DNA of 64,000 nucleotides from Octopus sinensis (Eukaryota), in assembly GCF_006345805.1 (NCBI RefSeq), contig NC_043026.1, positions 12,689,579-12,753,578 on the forward strand. Reading direction: 5' to 3'. Position 1 is the stretch's first letter, and each line of letters opens with the position of its first letter. A program made the translations under genes and the position numbers. Shown here one piece after another: positions 63,575 through 64,000 of this stretch. Under the pieces are notes generated by a model that saw only the letters and a list, made by a program, of their open reading frames with translations, had not been told where the DNA came from and ran no database searches.

Positions 63575-63760
63575 TTCCCTCCGTTCGCCCACATCGGGAT
63601 CTTTCTTTCTTCTTTCTTCCTTCTCTTATGTTTCCGACGAAGAGCTCCGCTCGAAACGTCATACCCTCCTTCTTCCCTTTTTCCTGAGCGCCTAATAATA
63701 ATAATACTTTAATTGTTCCACGTGTTGTTGTTTTTTCTGTTTTCCCGTTTGGATTAACCT
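63575..63760. mobile_element. Penelope-like terminal (pseudo-LTR) fragment
   Basis: TTTCCGACGAAGAGCTCCGCTCGAAACGTCATAC has a hammerhead-like core typical of Penelope-like element ends, followed by (AAT)n. The classification is inferred. Confidence 0.5.
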
Positions 63761-64000
63761 TATATATATATATATATACATATATACGATGGGCTTCTTT
63801 CAGTTTCCGTCTACCAAATCCACTCACAAGGCTTTGGTCGGCCCAAGGCTATAGTAGAAGACACTTGTCTAAGGTGCCATGCAGTGGGACTGAGTTTAAC
63901 AAAAATTATTTACTTTGTGTAAAAAAATTATTTAATTTGTGTTTTATTTACATTGCTAGGTAGTCGTAGAATCGAGTAGTCACGACTAGCTAGCGCGGAT

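Larger units (their letters stand above)
63041..64000. mobile_element. Second member of the same TIR family, right end runs off the window
   Basis: Left end GGTACTACTTGAGAAG...CCGCGCTAGCTAGTCGTGACTA, with its inverted counterpart TAGTCACGACTAGCTAGCGCGG at the window end. Internal SINE and Penelope-like insertions. Confidence 0.7.

Overview
AT-rich eukaryotic, repeat-dense DNA. It is most consistent with a coleoid cephalopod (Octopus-like) genome; this is inferred from the ZNF gene architecture and the SINE/LINE families, not from a search. The window is a young, actively rearranging cluster of seven paralogous C2H2 zinc-finger genes (20, 13, 15, 12, 20, 15 and 31 fingers, no recognisable effector domain). 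Five sit on the + strand in a head-to-tail array with spacings of about 6855, 6756, 6847 and 8597 bp; the last interval includes a 2.4-kb RTE LINE insertion. Two sit on the - strand, and the remnant of an eighth unit has had its gene deleted. Units 5 and 7 with their flanks form the arms of a large inverted repeat. First and last fingers are stereotyped while the internal fingers are shuffled, duplicated and deleted. Four paralogs share a GAG>TAG stop just before an otherwise conserved last finger. Each unit has a splice-bounded upstream exon and an intron containing a (TA)n insertion hotspot. Most units also carry relics of a LINE 3' end, a SINE, a CRE-type endonuclease and a foldback repeat. 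Other features are a decayed CRE-clade RT, Mutator-like and TA-flanked MITEs, a SINE-derived tandem array and a Penelope-like fragment with a hammerhead-like core. No rRNA, bona fide tRNA or CRISPR array is supported.
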